Source: an uncultured Cytophagia bacterium
GTDB lineage: Bacteria; Zhuqueibacterota; Zhuqueibacteria; Oceanimicrobiales; Oceanimicrobiaceae
DNA length: 64,000 nt
Assembly (NCBI GenBank): GCA_964539665.1
Contig: CAZIKB010000001.1
Location: 100,014-164,013, forward strand
Direction of reading: 5' to 3'
Shown here: positions 1 to 10,541 of the stretch, piece after piece
How positions within the stretch are numbered: the stretch's first letter is position 1
How the letters are laid out: each line of letters starts with the position of its first letter
Notes under the pieces: model-generated
The model's input: only the letters and a program-made list of their open reading frames with translations
Told to the model about the DNA's origin: nothing
The model's database searches: none
Position numbers and translations under genes: made by a program

Positions 1-219
1 TGTAGTTCATCATATTGAAAACTTATCGTTTACTTTTATAATAATCTTGATGGGTAGAACGGTTTTATTTTATGATTTGCTTTAAAAAGCAGATTCGGAA
101 GTAAAACCTCGGTAAATACCTGGCTGGAATTGTCTAAAATCCTGTCCGTGGATCGCATAATTTTTTCTTATTTAGTATCGGTAAACTATTATTCTTTCTT
201 TAATTTCGTAAGCAAACCA

Positions 220-1875
220 TTATTCATTTAAATATCTTTTGGGCCCCGCATCGATAACCTCCTGAGAACAGCCTTTTTTAAAGAGTTTAAAGTTCTCAAT
301 GAAACGGGATCCTAATGCATCATATTTTTTCCAGTACTCTTCCTTATTACCCCATGAACTGGACGGTTCAAGAACATCCTCCGGAACATCGGGACAAGAA
401 AGAGGCACTTCAAAACCAAACAATTTATCTTTGCGATATTTTATTGCGTCGAGTTTACCATCTAAAGCTGCACTGAGAAGGTTTCGTGTGTGTCGGATGC
501 TGATACGCTTTCCTACCCCAAAACGTCCGCCAACCCAGCCAGTATTTACTAACCAGCACTGGGCGTTGTGTTTGAGCATTCTTTGTTTAAGCATCTCAGC
601 ATATTCATAGGGATGTTTTACCATAAATGGCGCACCGAAACAGGCACTAAAGGTAATCTGCGGTTCGATACCCAAACCTATTTCAGTTCCGGCTATCTTG
701 GATGTATAGCCGCTAATAAAATGATACTGTGCCTCTGCCGGAGTGAGTCGGGCAATTGGCGGCAATACACCGGAGGCGTCACACGTCAGAAAAATAATAT
801 TCTTCGGATGGGTGTGTACATAGCCTTCGGGTACGATATTTGGAATTAAATCTATTGGATAAGAAGCTCGGGTGTTTTCCGTGATAATATCATCATCGAG
901 ATCGATTCTTCTGCTTATCGGATCGAAAACCACGTTTTCCAGAATAGTCCCAAAACTTCTCGTGGTTTCGTATATTTGTGGTTCCTGTTCGGCAGATAGA
1001 CGGATTACTTTTGCATAACAGCCGCCTTCAAAATTGAAGACGCCGTTTGAACTCCAACCATGCTCATCATCACCAATTAATCTTCTTTTGGGATCTGCAG
1101 ATAGCGTGGTTTTACCTGTTCCGCTGAGCCCGAAGAACAACGCAGCGTCACCGTTGTCTCCGACATTCGCGGAACAATGCATGGGAAGCACATCATCAAA
1201 TGTCAGAAGGAAATTCAAAACAGTAAAAATCGATTTCTTAATTTCACCCCCGTAGAGTGAGTTGGCAATTATGGCCGTTCGCTCGGCAAAGTTTATTATT
1301 ATGCCGGTTTCGGAGCGCGTGCCGTCGATTTTGGGATCCAATTTAAAACCGCTTAAGCCAATTACAGTGAATTCTGGTATAAACCTTTTAAGGGTATCCG
1401 GATTATCAGTAGTAATAAACATGTTCCGTGCAAATAAACTATGCCAGGCTTTTTCTGTAATAATACGTACAGGTAAACGATATTCCGGGTCGGCACAGGC
1501 AAAGCAGTCCTGTACGAATAATTCTTCGTCCTGGCAAAAAGCCTGAACTCTCGCCAAAAGTGCATTAAATTTCTCAACGCTATAAGGTCGGTTGTATTCT
1601 CCCCACCAAATTTTACTATCTGTGGATTCTTCTTTTACGACAAATTTATCAGCAGCGGCCCGCGCCGTGTGTTTGCCGGTATTAACCAGAATTGGTCCTT
1701 GATTTGCAATCTTTCCTTCGTTACGAAAAACAATCTCTTCATAAAGCGCTGAATCCGGTAAATTCCAAAAGACTCTTTCTAAATGCACTAAACCGTGATT
1801 TTTCAGTCTATAATCTGAAGCAAGCTCGAGGGCTTCTTTAGTTGCAGGTGTGTCGAATTCCAAAAATTTGCTCAT
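220..1875 (-). CDS. pckA: phosphoenolpyruvate carboxykinase (ATP)
   Basis: 551-aa ORF with nucleotide loop GLSGTGKTTLS, IGDDEHGW and NTGWVGG segments typical of ATP-dependent PEPCK. Its ATG overlaps the stop of the upstream aminotransferase gene (ATGA). Confidence 0.9.
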   Translation of the reverse strand: MSKFLEFDTPATKEALELASDYRLKNHGLVHLERVFWNLPDSALYEEIVFRNEGKIANQGPILVNTGKHTARAAADKFVVKEESTDSKIWWGEYNRPYSVEKFNALLARVQAFCQDEELFVQDCFACADPEYRLPVRIITEKAWHSLFARNMFITTDNPDTLKRFIPEFTVIGLSGFKLDPKIDGTRSETGIIINFAERTAIIANSLYGGEIKKSIFTVLNFLLTFDDVLPMHCSANVGDNGDAALFFGLSGTGKTTLSADPKRRLIGDDEHGWSSNGVFNFEGGCYAKVIRLSAEQEPQIYETTRSFGTILENVVFDPISRRIDLDDDIITENTRASYPIDLIPNIVPEGYVHTHPKNIIFLTCDASGVLPPIARLTPAEAQYHFISGYTSKIAGTEIGLGIEPQITFSACFGAPFMVKHPYEYAEMLKQRMLKHNAQCWLVNTGWVGGRFGVGKRISIRHTRNLLSAALDGKLDAIKYRKDKLFGFEVPLSCPDVPEDVLEPSSSWGNKEEYWKKYDALGSRFIENFKLFKKGCSQEVIDAGPKRYLNE

Positions 1876-3089
1876 GACCAGTCCCTCACTAATTTACGAT
1901 CTCCAATATACAGTTCATTTGGCGAATTCAAATCTAATGCCCATTTCATTCGTTCGATTCCCTCGGTAATATCTTTTATAGAACCGCAAAAACTCAAGCG
2001 TAGATAGCCTTCCAATCCAAATTCAACTCCTGGCACGGTTAGAACCTGCACTTTATCAATTAGAAAGTTAGAAAGTTTGGTTGAATCCTTATCGTAGTTG
2101 CTGAAGTCTGCGAAGCAGTAAAAAGTACCATCCGGTTTTGTTACTCTTACACCATCGAAGGAATTCAAATGATCAATCATTACGTTTCGGTTGTTCTCCA
2201 GTGTAATTCTGAGATTCTCAACAGATGATTGAATCCCGTTCAGCGCTCCGACTGCAGCTTTTTGTAGCAAAACAGAAGGACCGGAGGTTTGGTGTCCCTG
2301 AATATTAGTCATGACTTCAATAAGCCTTTTGTTGGCCACTGCCCAACCTATTCTGAAACCGGTCATTGCATATTGCTTGGAAACTCCATTAATAACAATA
2401 AGTTTAGAATTTTCAGATAAATCCTTAGCATAATCATAACAGTTGATTGGTCTTCTTTTATCAAATATTAGACGGTGATATATGTCGTCCATAATTAAGT
2501 ACAAATCACGTTTTTCACAAAAGTCCACCACATCAGCGATGAATTCTTCAGAATACATCGCACCGGTTGGGTTGTTCGGGCTGTTTATGATTATGGCTTT
2601 GGTGTATGAACCCACTCTTAGTTCAGTATCCTGAATTCGTGGGTAGAAAGTTCCGTCTTCAGGAAGCACCGGCACTCCAATAGCGCCACACAATTTCGCC
2701 ATATCGGGGTAACTGACCCAGTATGGCGCCGGGAAAATGATTTCTTCCTGGGGATTCAGAATGGTATGAAGCGCAACCATTACGGCTTGCTTTGCTCCTC
2801 CAGAAGCCATCACATTTTCGGGAGCAACCAAGCGATTGTAATTTTCTTCTGTATATCGAATTATAGCTTTCTTTAGCGCCGGAATTCCATCGGCAGGCGC
2901 ATATCTTATTTCACCAGTATTCAAATGCGCCGCGGTTGCAATTATTGCATCCATCGGAGACTTGCTTTTGGGTTCACCGCCACCAAGATGAATAACTGGA
3001 TCCCCCTTCTCACGAAGGATCGCTGCCTTTTCATTAAGCGCCAGAGTCGGGGAAGCACCGATTGTCTTCGCAATTTCACTTATACTCAT
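1872..3089 (-). CDS. class I/II pyridoxal-phosphate-dependent aminotransferase (aspartate aminotransferase-like)
   Basis: 405-aa ORF with SPNNPTG motif and PLP-lysine motif SKQYAMTGFRIGW. Confidence 0.85.
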   Translation of the reverse strand: MSISEIAKTIGASPTLALNEKAAILREKGDPVIHLGGGEPKSKSPMDAIIATAAHLNTGEIRYAPADGIPALKKAIIRYTEENYNRLVAPENVMASGGAKQAVMVALHTILNPQEEIIFPAPYWVSYPDMAKLCGAIGVPVLPEDGTFYPRIQDTELRVGSYTKAIIINSPNNPTGAMYSEEFIADVVDFCEKRDLYLIMDDIYHRLIFDKRRPINCYDYAKDLSENSKLIVINGVSKQYAMTGFRIGWAVANKRLIEVMTNIQGHQTSGPSVLLQKAAVGALNGIQSSVENLRITLENNRNVMIDHLNSFDGVRVTKPDGTFYCFADFSNYDKDSTKLSNFLIDKVQVLTVPGVEFGLEGYLRLSFCGSIKDITEGIERMKWALDLNSPNELYIGDRKLVRDWS

Positions 3090-3155
3090 TTTAAGTCCTT
3101 CTCATAAAGTAAAACTTTTACTAGTCGATTTATAAATATTTTAGTAAATATTTGC

Positions 3156-4130
3156 CTAATTCAATAGCGAACATATACAAGCAACATCAACAATATCATT
3201 CCAATTGCAGCCACGAGACAGGTCATTGGCTGGCTTTGCCAAACCCTGGATAATCGGGCCAATAGCATTAGCGCCAGCCAAACGCTCGGTTATTTTGTAA
3301 GAAATATTACCGGCATTAAGATCCGGAAATATTAAAACATTTGCCTTGCCGGCAACCTGGCTATCCGGAGCCTTTGATTTTGCCACAGATTCGACTAAAG
3401 CCGTGTCAACCTGCATTTCCCCATCAATGAGCAATTCTGGATTTTTACTCCTGGCAATTTCCAACGCCTTTTGAACTTTCTCAACCATGTCATGTTGTGC
3501 GCTGCCTTTAGTTGAGAAAGAAAGCAGGGCAACAATTGGAACCTCTCCAGTTATTCTATGGTGTGTATTTGCTGATGTAATCGCTATATCAGCCAACTGT
3601 TCAGCGTCTGGCTGAGGAACCACTGCACAATCCGCGTATGTCAAAACCCGGCTATCCCGTAATATCATTTCGAACGTACTTGATACTAATGAAACTCCCG
3701 GTGCCACACCTATAATTTGAATTGCTGATCGTAATACGTCGCCCGTTGTAGAAATACTCCCGGCAACAGTTCCATCACATGCGCCTGTTCGTACCAGCAT
3801 TGCTCCAAAATATAAAGGATGCTTTACGGCTTCTCGACTGATTTCAGGAGTTATGCCCTTGTGTTTACGCAGCTCAAAAAATATATTCTCAAATTCTGAG
3901 ATCATCGGTGAATGCTCTGGTTCAATTATTTCCACATTATTTAAATCAATTCGGTTTTGAGCTGCTACATTTTTTATCTCATTTTCATGCCCTAAAAGTG
4001 TACACTGTAACATATTATTATTATATAAATATTCAACTGCTTTTTGCACACGCGGGTCATTTCCTTCAGGAAAAACAATGCTTTTGTTTTTTTGCTGGGC
4101 TCTTTTTCTAATTAAATCAATAAATTTCAT
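3156..4130 (-). CDS. pta: phosphate acetyltransferase (short PTA_PTB-only form)
   Basis: 324-aa ORF. N-terminal [16 protein letters not shown], central YADCAV, C-terminal [11 protein letters not shown] resemble phosphotransacetylases. A phosphate butyryltransferase cannot be excluded. Confidence 0.8.
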   Translation of the reverse strand: MKFIDLIRKRAQQKNKSIVFPEGNDPRVQKAVEYLYNNNMLQCTLLGHENEIKNVAAQNRIDLNNVEIIEPEHSPMISEFENIFFELRKHKGITPEISREAVKHPLYFGAMLVRTGACDGTVAGSISTTGDVLRSAIQIIGVAPGVSLVSSTFEMILRDSRVLTYADCAVVPQPDAEQLADIAITSANTHHRITGEVPIVALLSFSTKGSAQHDMVEKVQKALEIARSKNPELLIDGEMQVDTALVESVAKSKAPDSQVAGKANVLIFPDLNAGNISYKITERLAGANAIGPIIQGLAKPANDLSRGCNWNDIVDVACICSLLN

Positions 4131-4621
4131 GATTCTCTGAATTTATCAATAAGTTTTATGTGAACCAGCTCAGATACAAAAGAACTTACGTCACCATTAA
4201 ATTTAGCGACTTCCTTCACTATGGTGGAATTCAAATAAGTGTATTTTTCATTTGGCATCAGGAAAACAGTAACAATGTCTTTAGCTAATTTTCGATTTAC
4301 TAATGCCATTTGAAATTCATATTCAAAATCAGTAATAGCTCTCAGGCCCCTGACAATCACGTCGGCGTTTTTCTTTTTTGCATAATCCATTAATAGTCCA
4401 TCAAAAGTTTCAACAATAATACCACTCAGAGTAACTGTTGACTCCAGAATCATGTCAATGCGTTCATTTACGGTAAATAAAGGCGTTTTGGTTGGATTTG
4501 TGGTCACAGCTACAATTACTGAATCAAATAAACTTATTGCACGCTTGATGATATCGAGATGACCATTGGTAATGGGATCAAAGGTGCCCGGGTATATCGC
4601 GAGTTTTTTTTCATTAGACAT
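4127..4621 (-). CDS. coaD: phosphopantetheine adenylyltransferase
   Basis: 164-aa ORF with nucleotidyltransferase motif [16 protein letters not shown]. Confidence 0.92.
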   Translation of the reverse strand: MSNEKKLAIYPGTFDPITNGHLDIIKRAISLFDSVIVAVTTNPTKTPLFTVNERIDMILESTVTLSGIIVETFDGLLMDYAKKKNADVIVRGLRAITDFEYEFQMALVNRKLAKDIVTVFLMPNEKYTYLNSTIVKEVAKFNGDVSSFVSELVHIKLIDKFRES

Positions 4622-5165
4622 ATTGATAAAAAGATACGACCGATTCTCCTTGTTTCTTTCGTACTTTCAACTCCAGATTCTCATGATTATTTTGCAATTC
4701 ATTTTTGCCTGAGTGCTCAATTATCAACCATCCTCCATTACCAAGAATTTCAAATTGATTAATAGCTGAAATGGTATCTTGTGCTAAAGGTGAATAATAT
4801 GGTGGATCAGCAAAAATTAAATCGAATTTTAGTTTTGAATTTGATAGTTTTTTAAATGCTTTTTCGGCTGAAATTCTAAATATATCAGAATTTTCTATGA
4901 AGCCGGTTAATTGTAAATTATTAAATAATATCTTCTGAGCATATTGACTATTTTCAATAAAAATAGCCCTGGCCGCGCCACGGCTCAAGGCCTCAATCCC
5001 TAAACTTCCACTACCAGCAAAGACGTCAAGTACAAAACTATTTTCAATATAACTATTTAAAACATTAAAAATTACTTCTTTAGTGCTATCAGCAGTTGGT
5101 CTTATTAATCGATTTTTAATTGTCGTTAGTCGAACACCTCGTTTTGTTCCCGATATAATTCGCAT
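4614..5165 (-). CDS. rsmD: 16S rRNA (guanine966-N2)-methyltransferase
   Basis: 183-aa ORF with SAM motif DVFAGSGSLGIEALSRGA and the FADPPY motif. The usual coaD neighbour. Confidence 0.85.
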   Translation of the reverse strand: MRIISGTKRGVRLTTIKNRLIRPTADSTKEVIFNVLNSYIENSFVLDVFAGSGSLGIEALSRGAARAIFIENSQYAQKILFNNLQLTGFIENSDIFRISAEKAFKKLSNSKLKFDLIFADPPYYSPLAQDTISAINQFEILGNGGWLIIEHSGKNELQNNHENLELKVRKKQGESVVSFYQYV

Positions 5166-5186
5166 TAAATGCGTAAGCAGCTCTAA

Positions 5187-6275
5187 TTATAATGGTTGAT
5201 AAAGAAATAAATTGATTACGAGAATAAGGTTTTCATCGCTAAATGAATTCATGTCCGCAGCCAATAATAAAATCTTTGTCACTTCTATATTTAGACTTTG
5301 AGTTCCTATTTCTTCTATTAAGTTTAGTATTCCAGCTTTATTGCCACTAATTCGGACTAAAATTGGTGTTTTTAGATATCCATCAACTCTTTTTCCTTGT
5401 TGAATTTGTAATGGCCGTATTTGTAACCCAAACTGACTTGAAAGGTTGTTCACCAATTCTCTTAGTTGGTTATTATTCAAAAACTCGATATAGTCAGTAA
5501 ATACCTGTCCACTTCCGGTTATGGTGCCGGCGATTAATACTTTTTCCATAAACTGGCCATTATTGGCTATTTCACTTTCCGATATAACAGAGAAATTGCC
5601 TGCACCCAAATACTGGTTAAGCCTCTGCGTAAAGTCTTTGGCTTCTGAAGCTGATGCTGAAACGAATTCAAATCGTACTCTTTGCCCGGCATAGGATAAT
5701 AATGTTGTGTTTAAATTTGACGGTAAGGACGTCATGATATTCATCACAGTTTGAATTGCCAATTTCGAGGTTGCTAAAATTTCTTCCGTCACAGAGCTTA
5801 CATTTTCGCTAACTGTCGGAGTAGGGGGAATAATATCGCGTTCTTCAGTTCTTGGTTCCTGCACGGGTGTTTGCTGCACAACTTCTTGCTCTGGTTCGGC
5901 AACAAAGTCGGAAATCTGGGCTGCCTGTGTTTCAGGTTCATCGGGGGTGGACTCATCAACAGTTTCTGAATTTGGAATGATCCGGGGTAGATCGGCCTGG
6001 TTCGTCGGTTCACTTTCTTTAAACATAAAATAATAAATAGCCCATCCTAAAAACACAATTACTAAAAAGATAATAAATGTTGAAACAAAAGAAGAGTAAC
6101 TCCTTTTGTGAGCAAAGCCAGCAGTTTTGGTAGTGTCAAATGTTTCAGTTCTTTCCTCAAACGCTAATTCCTGTGTATCCATACTGGAAGTTTGAGCAAA
6201 TTCATCAACACGTTTTTCCTCGCTGGTTTTATCTTCGCCAATTGTGTCATCGCCGATTAAATTAATATCGACCAT
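5187..6275 (-). CDS. PilN-like bitopic membrane protein with long acidic linker and C-terminal domain of unknown function
   Basis: The ORF track starts at 6338. I prefer the ATG at 6275, giving MVDINLIGDD, which mimics the PilN N-terminal INLLP peptide and removes the overlap with the PilM-like gene. One TM (FVSTFIIFLVIVFLGWAIYYFMF), a P/E/T/Q-rich linker, then a domain of about 190 aa. Confidence 0.45.
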   Translation of the reverse strand: MVDINLIGDDTIGEDKTSEEKRVDEFAQTSSMDTQELAFEERTETFDTTKTAGFAHKRSYSSFVSTFIIFLVIVFLGWAIYYFMFKESEPTNQADLPRIIPNSETVDESTPDEPETQAAQISDFVAEPEQEVVQQTPVQEPRTEERDIIPPTPTVSENVSSVTEEILATSKLAIQTVMNIMTSLPSNLNTTLLSYAGQRVRFEFVSASASEAKDFTQRLNQYLGAGNFSVISESEIANNGQFMEKVLIAGTITGSGQVFTDYIEFLNNNQLRELVNNLSSQFGLQIRPLQIQQGKRVDGYLKTPILVRISGNKAGILNLIEEIGTQSLNIEVTKILLLAADMNSFSDENLILVINLFLYQPL

Positions 6276-6312
6276 AATTTTCTCCAAATTTTTAAATATG
6301 GATTTGTTACTT

Positions 6313-7278
6313 CTATTGTATACCCCGTAATGCCGCACCGACTGAAATCATAAATCGTTCCGAACGCGATTGCTTAATTGCATCCCTGGCTTTATCGATT
6401 AACTTTATTTTTTTAAACGGATTGGCTCGGTCTATCCGCACGTTATGGCTATTCTGCAAGCCTTCTAAAACGTTGTCTTCCACTCCTTCACCATACAGCA
6501 AAATTTCATTTAAGTCCTCGACTCCTCTCCCTATTTGTTGATCCAAGATGATTCTCCGTAGTTCTTTAGAAATAAAACGAGCAATTGAATCATCTTGACC
6601 CGGGGTATCACTATCTTTTGATTGAAATGTTAAATCCTGAGATAAAAAATAATTCCGGCCATTTAGTATTGAAAAATGAACTGTTTTCTCTTCAATATCA
6701 ATAAGTCCAATTCTATCGGCGCCACTATAGTCATAATTTAATTGTAAGGCTCGTTGTGCTGAAAAAATATCAACATCCACAACTTTCAGTTGAAGGTGGG
6801 TATGCTGAAATAACTGCTTTAGATATTCAACTATTTTTTTTCGAACAACAACGACAAGCATATTATAAAGAGGTCCATTTTCGGAACCTTGATTAATTTG
6901 CTCAAAATCAATAATATACTCTTCAATTGGTGATATTGCAAACTGACGCACTTCCCAATTCAAATGATCATGCAATTTCTTCTGTTCAAGCGCTTTGTCA
7001 ACAGGTATCTTTTTGATCAATACCATTCTGGAATCTAATGAAAACGCTGCCTGAGTTTCTTGAAATTGCTGAGATTCACAAAGCCTGTTAATATCTTCTG
7101 CAAATCTACGAGCCATACTTTTATCAGAAAATACATCAAAATTAAAAGGTCTTCGAACGCGACCATGCGCAACCTGAGTTACCTGAAACTCGTTTAATAA
7201 TTTCTTCCCTTCGACGATTCTAAGTTGATCATCAATTAAACTAATTCCGAGTATCCCAGTGTTTTCATCCTGGGTCAT
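6313..7278 (-). CDS. pilM: type IV pilus assembly protein PilM-like (actin-fold ATPase)
   Basis: 321-aa ORF. N-terminal ILGISLIDDQLRIVE, central IGLIDIEEKTVHFSIL and C-terminal ISVGAALRG follow the PilM/FtsA-like layout. It precedes a gene with a PilN-type N-terminal peptide. Confidence 0.6.
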   Translation of the reverse strand: MTQDENTGILGISLIDDQLRIVEGKKLLNEFQVTQVAHGRVRRPFNFDVFSDKSMARRFAEDINRLCESQQFQETQAAFSLDSRMVLIKKIPVDKALEQKKLHDHLNWEVRQFAISPIEEYIIDFEQINQGSENGPLYNMLVVVVRKKIVEYLKQLFQHTHLQLKVVDVDIFSAQRALQLNYDYSGADRIGLIDIEEKTVHFSILNGRNYFLSQDLTFQSKDSDTPGQDDSIARFISKELRRIILDQQIGRGVEDLNEILLYGEGVEDNVLEGLQNSHNVRIDRANPFKKIKLIDKARDAIKQSRSERFMISVGAALRGIQ

Positions 7279-7299
7279 TGTTATCTCCTCACTATCAGA

Positions 7300-8196
7300 C
7301 TATTGACCTGCCTCCCAACTTTTCTCTCCTTTGACAACTTTTCCATGATTATTTATATTGAGACCACCTATTTTCGATTTAAAAAAATTACTCTGAAAGG
7401 TTTGAACATCTTGACTGTCAATTGGGCAAAAAATGTGTATATATTTTATAACTGCGGTATCCTCAGAAACAATGTGATAAGGTTTGTAGACAGTTGGACA
7501 ATAGAATAACGAATCCAATTTACCGCCTTGAAATTCATCGAGTTCGACTAATACTTTATTAAATTCCGCGATGACCGAAGTTATATTCTCTATAATTTTC
7601 TCAGCAGTTTTTTGTGCTTCAGTTAGTTCCTCGTTTTCAATTAAGTTTTTTACAATATCCATGTCTAAAGTAAATTTCTTGGAATCTACTGTTAGAAATG
7701 CTCTTTTTAATTGTTCGACAGGAGTATTGGGAAGATTTTTCATCCTGTCATGAACATACTCAATATATCCGGCAAGTCTTCTCGACTCCATTTTTAGGTT
7801 TTGTTGAATATCAATTAATGAATCCCTCATAACCGTGTCCATTGGCGCTGAAAGATTCGACAGAATTAAGTTTTCTAAAGAAAGAAAATTATTTAATTGT
7901 GTTACTGTTGAATCCAGACCAGCTCTTATTATAGAATCAACATAGGTTGAATATTGTGTGTTCGTTTTTAAAAATTCAACAACCTCATTTAAAGAATCAG
8001 AATATACGGTATTATACTTTTGAAATTGAAGTTCCGCATTTAAAATATCATTCATTCTCTCTCTACATGCGGTCGTGTTAAACTCCTCATTTTCGGTGAT
8101 TATTTTAGGATAAATTATTGACCATATAAGTACTATCGCCAAAACCACGATTAGAACCTCGTAAATAATAGAACCTTTTGCCTTTTCGTCTGACAT
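7300..8196 (-). CDS. pilin-like protein with class III (prepilin-type) signal and unusually long helical middle region
   Basis: N-terminus MSDEKAKG/SIIYEVLIVVLAIVLIW has a short basic leader, Gly at -1, Glu at +5 and a hydrophobic helix. The C-terminal part carries Cys-Pro motifs (LFYCPTVYKPY, IFCPID). Confidence 0.45.
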   Translation of the reverse strand: MSDEKAKGSIIYEVLIVVLAIVLIWSIIYPKIITENEEFNTTACRERMNDILNAELQFQKYNTVYSDSLNEVVEFLKTNTQYSTYVDSIIRAGLDSTVTQLNNFLSLENLILSNLSAPMDTVMRDSLIDIQQNLKMESRRLAGYIEYVHDRMKNLPNTPVEQLKRAFLTVDSKKFTLDMDIVKNLIENEELTEAQKTAEKIIENITSVIAEFNKVLVELDEFQGGKLDSLFYCPTVYKPYHIVSEDTAVIKYIHIFCPIDSQDVQTFQSNFFKSKIGGLNINNHGKVVKGEKSWEAGQ

Positions 8197-8241
8197 TTCT
8201 CCTCCCTCATAATAATTAATTTGGACTAATTTGAAGCTTAA

Positions 8242-8763
8242 TCAATTTAAAGATATATAATGTTTAATTTTGTTAAAAGTCGCGCTTCCTATTCCTTTAA
8301 CTTGTTGTAGCTCCTCAATAGAATTAAAGCCTCCTTTTTTTTGTCGGAAATAAATAATTTTTTCTGCTAATACCGGTCCAACCCTGGGAATCATTTGCAA
8401 CTCCTCTTGATTTGCTTCATTTATATTAATCAAAAATTTCTTTTTTTGATCCAGAGCTGTATTTTCATTTCCTTGTGCAACTTGAAATGAATATTTTGAA
8501 ACAGAACCAGCAATTTGGTTTCCTGATTCATTATGGTCGATTGCAGAAATATTTGCCTCTTCAATAGACTGATTTGATTCGACACTCTTGTTACTCTTAA
8601 TTTCTTCTGAGCGTTGTTTGAACTCCTCAATATAATCAGAATTCACCTCTTTAATCATTATTTCGCTAAAATACCGATCGTATAATGTAACAACTGACCC
8701 AACGAAAAATGTAAAAATAAGAAATATTACAATACCCTGTTCCTGCTTGGTAAATCCTAACAT
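8242..8763 (-). CDS. comEA: ComEA family helix-hairpin-helix DNA-binding protein
   Basis: 173-aa ORF with an N-terminal TM and C-terminal tandem HhH segment INEANQEELQMIPRVGPVLAEKIIYFRQKKGGFNSIEELQQVKGIG. Confidence 0.8.
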   Translation of the reverse strand: MLGFTKQEQGIVIFLIFTFFVGSVVTLYDRYFSEIMIKEVNSDYIEEFKQRSEEIKSNKSVESNQSIEEANISAIDHNESGNQIAGSVSKYSFQVAQGNENTALDQKKKFLININEANQEELQMIPRVGPVLAEKIIYFRQKKGGFNSIEELQQVKGIGSATFNKIKHYISLN

Positions 8764-8768
8764 CTCGC

Positions 8769-9905
8769 TTAAAATATAGCCTCTTTTACTTTTTTTAGAA
8801 AACCACGATCATTTTGAGGTGGTTTTGTATGCTCACTTTGAGCTAACTCTTCAAATAGCTTTTTTTCAATAGATGTCAATTTCATCGGAGTCCAGACTAA
8901 TACTCTAACCAGTTGATCGCCTCTACTATGGCCCTGTAAGCGAGGAATACCCTTACCCCGCATTCTTAATATTTTATTCGTTTGAGTACCCGGTTGAATT
9001 TGTAATTTCACTTTCCCATTTAAACTTGGCACTTCTACTTCAGTACCCAACGCAACCTGGCTAAAACTTAAGGGTAACTCATATAAAATATCGTCATCAT
9101 GTCTTTCAAAATACTTATGTTCCTTTTCTTCAATAAATATTATAACATCCCCTTCAGGACCATTATTGGGGCCAACGTTTCCTTCACCACGAATTGTTAT
9201 GTAATTTCCAGATGATACACCTGCTGGAATATCTACCGCAATAACACCATCTCCCTGGACACGCCCTTCACCGGCACACTTAATACAACGATCCTTCAAA
9301 ATCTTACCTTCGCCATAACAAGCAGAGCAGGTAGTAATATTTACAAACTGACCAAACAAGGACTGAGAAACCTGCCTGATTTCACCGGAACCATGACACT
9401 GCGGACACGTTATGGAAGATGTACCTGAAGCCGCACCGTTTCCATTACAACCAGTACAAAGAACGGTTTTTTTAATTTTAATTTTTTTATTAACGCCTGT
9501 TGCTATTTCTTCTAACGTCAGATTTAGTTTAAGTTGAAGGTCTTTACCTCTTCTCTTTCGCCCAGCACTGGCGCCACGCCCCATTCCGAAAATATCACCA
9601 AAGCCAAAACTTTCTGACATAAAAGTACGAAGCGCATCGCTGAGATCAAAATCAAAACCCGTAAATCCTTCAACACCGCCCTTTAGACCGCTGTGTCCAA
9701 AACGATCATAACGTTGACGCTTTTGGGGATCCCGCAATACTTCATAAGCCTCTGAGACTTCTTTAAATTTTTCTGCTGCTTTCGTGTCCTCCGGATTTCG
9801 GTCCGGATGATATTTCATTGCCAGTTTCCGGTATTCTTTTTTTAGCTCTTCACCTGTCACATCTTTACTGACACCCAATATTTCATAATAATCTCGTTTA
9901 GCCAT
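8769..9905 (-). CDS. dnaJ: molecular chaperone DnaJ
   Basis: J-domain with KYHPDRNP, a G/F-rich linker and four CxxCxGxG repeats ([32 protein letters not shown]). Confidence 0.95.
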   Translation of the reverse strand: MAKRDYYEILGVSKDVTGEELKKEYRKLAMKYHPDRNPEDTKAAEKFKEVSEAYEVLRDPQKRQRYDRFGHSGLKGGVEGFTGFDFDLSDALRTFMSESFGFGDIFGMGRGASAGRKRRGKDLQLKLNLTLEEIATGVNKKIKIKKTVLCTGCNGNGAASGTSSITCPQCHGSGEIRQVSQSLFGQFVNITTCSACYGEGKILKDRCIKCAGEGRVQGDGVIAVDIPAGVSSGNYITIRGEGNVGPNNGPEGDVIIFIEEKEHKYFERHDDDILYELPLSFSQVALGTEVEVPSLNGKVKLQIQPGTQTNKILRMRGKGIPRLQGHSRGDQLVRVLVWTPMKLTSIEKKLFEELAQSEHTKPPQNDRGFLKKVKEAIF

Positions 9906-9935
9906 AACTACTAAATTTATATACTCATCAAATTA

Positions 9936-10535
9936 CTATTTACTAACCAATACTTGAGAATGACGTAAAATCCGTTCATTCATAACATAACCTTTTAAAT
10001 GCTCGTCAACCACCATACCGGACGGATGCTCCTTATTATCAACCTGCAACAACGCGTCATGCTTTTCCGGGTCAAAACTTTGTCCAACCGCATCTATTGG
10101 CTTAACTCCTTTGTTTTCTAATATTTTGTTGAAGTTTTTATAGATCAGTTTAACACCCTCGAATAAAACTTTGAAATCTTCCGATTCCTGTGCAGATTTA
10201 ATACAACGTTTATAATCATCTAATATTGGTAAAAGTGCCGTAATTAATTCTGCATTAGTAATTTCTATTAATTGTGCTACTTCATTTTCCCGTCTTTTTT
10301 TATAATTCTCAAATTCTGCGGCTTTTCTTAATAACTTATCTTTAAACTCATTTCTTTCATTTTCAATTTTTTCAAGTTTTTTATTCAGGTTTTTTATTTT
10401 TATTGAAGAGGGTGATGGTTTGGATTTACTTTTTGACTTGGTACGTACTTTCTCTTCATTATTTCCCTTTGTGACTTTTAATTTGGACTCGGTTCCACTT
10501 TTTGCTTTTTTATCCTGCATAGTTTTTCTTTCCAT
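9936..10535 (-). CDS. grpE: nucleotide exchange factor GrpE
   Basis: 199-aa ORF with a lysine-rich N-terminus, coiled-coil AEFENYKKRRENE and C-terminal GQSFDPEKHDAL...GYVMNERILRHSQVLV. Confidence 0.9.
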   Translation of the reverse strand: MERKTMQDKKAKSGTESKLKVTKGNNEEKVRTKSKSKSKPSPSSIKIKNLNKKLEKIENERNEFKDKLLRKAAEFENYKKRRENEVAQLIEITNAELITALLPILDDYKRCIKSAQESEDFKVLFEGVKLIYKNFNKILENKGVKPIDAVGQSFDPEKHDALLQVDNKEHPSGMVVDEHLKGYVMNERILRHSQVLVSK

Positions 10536-10541
10536 ACATTA

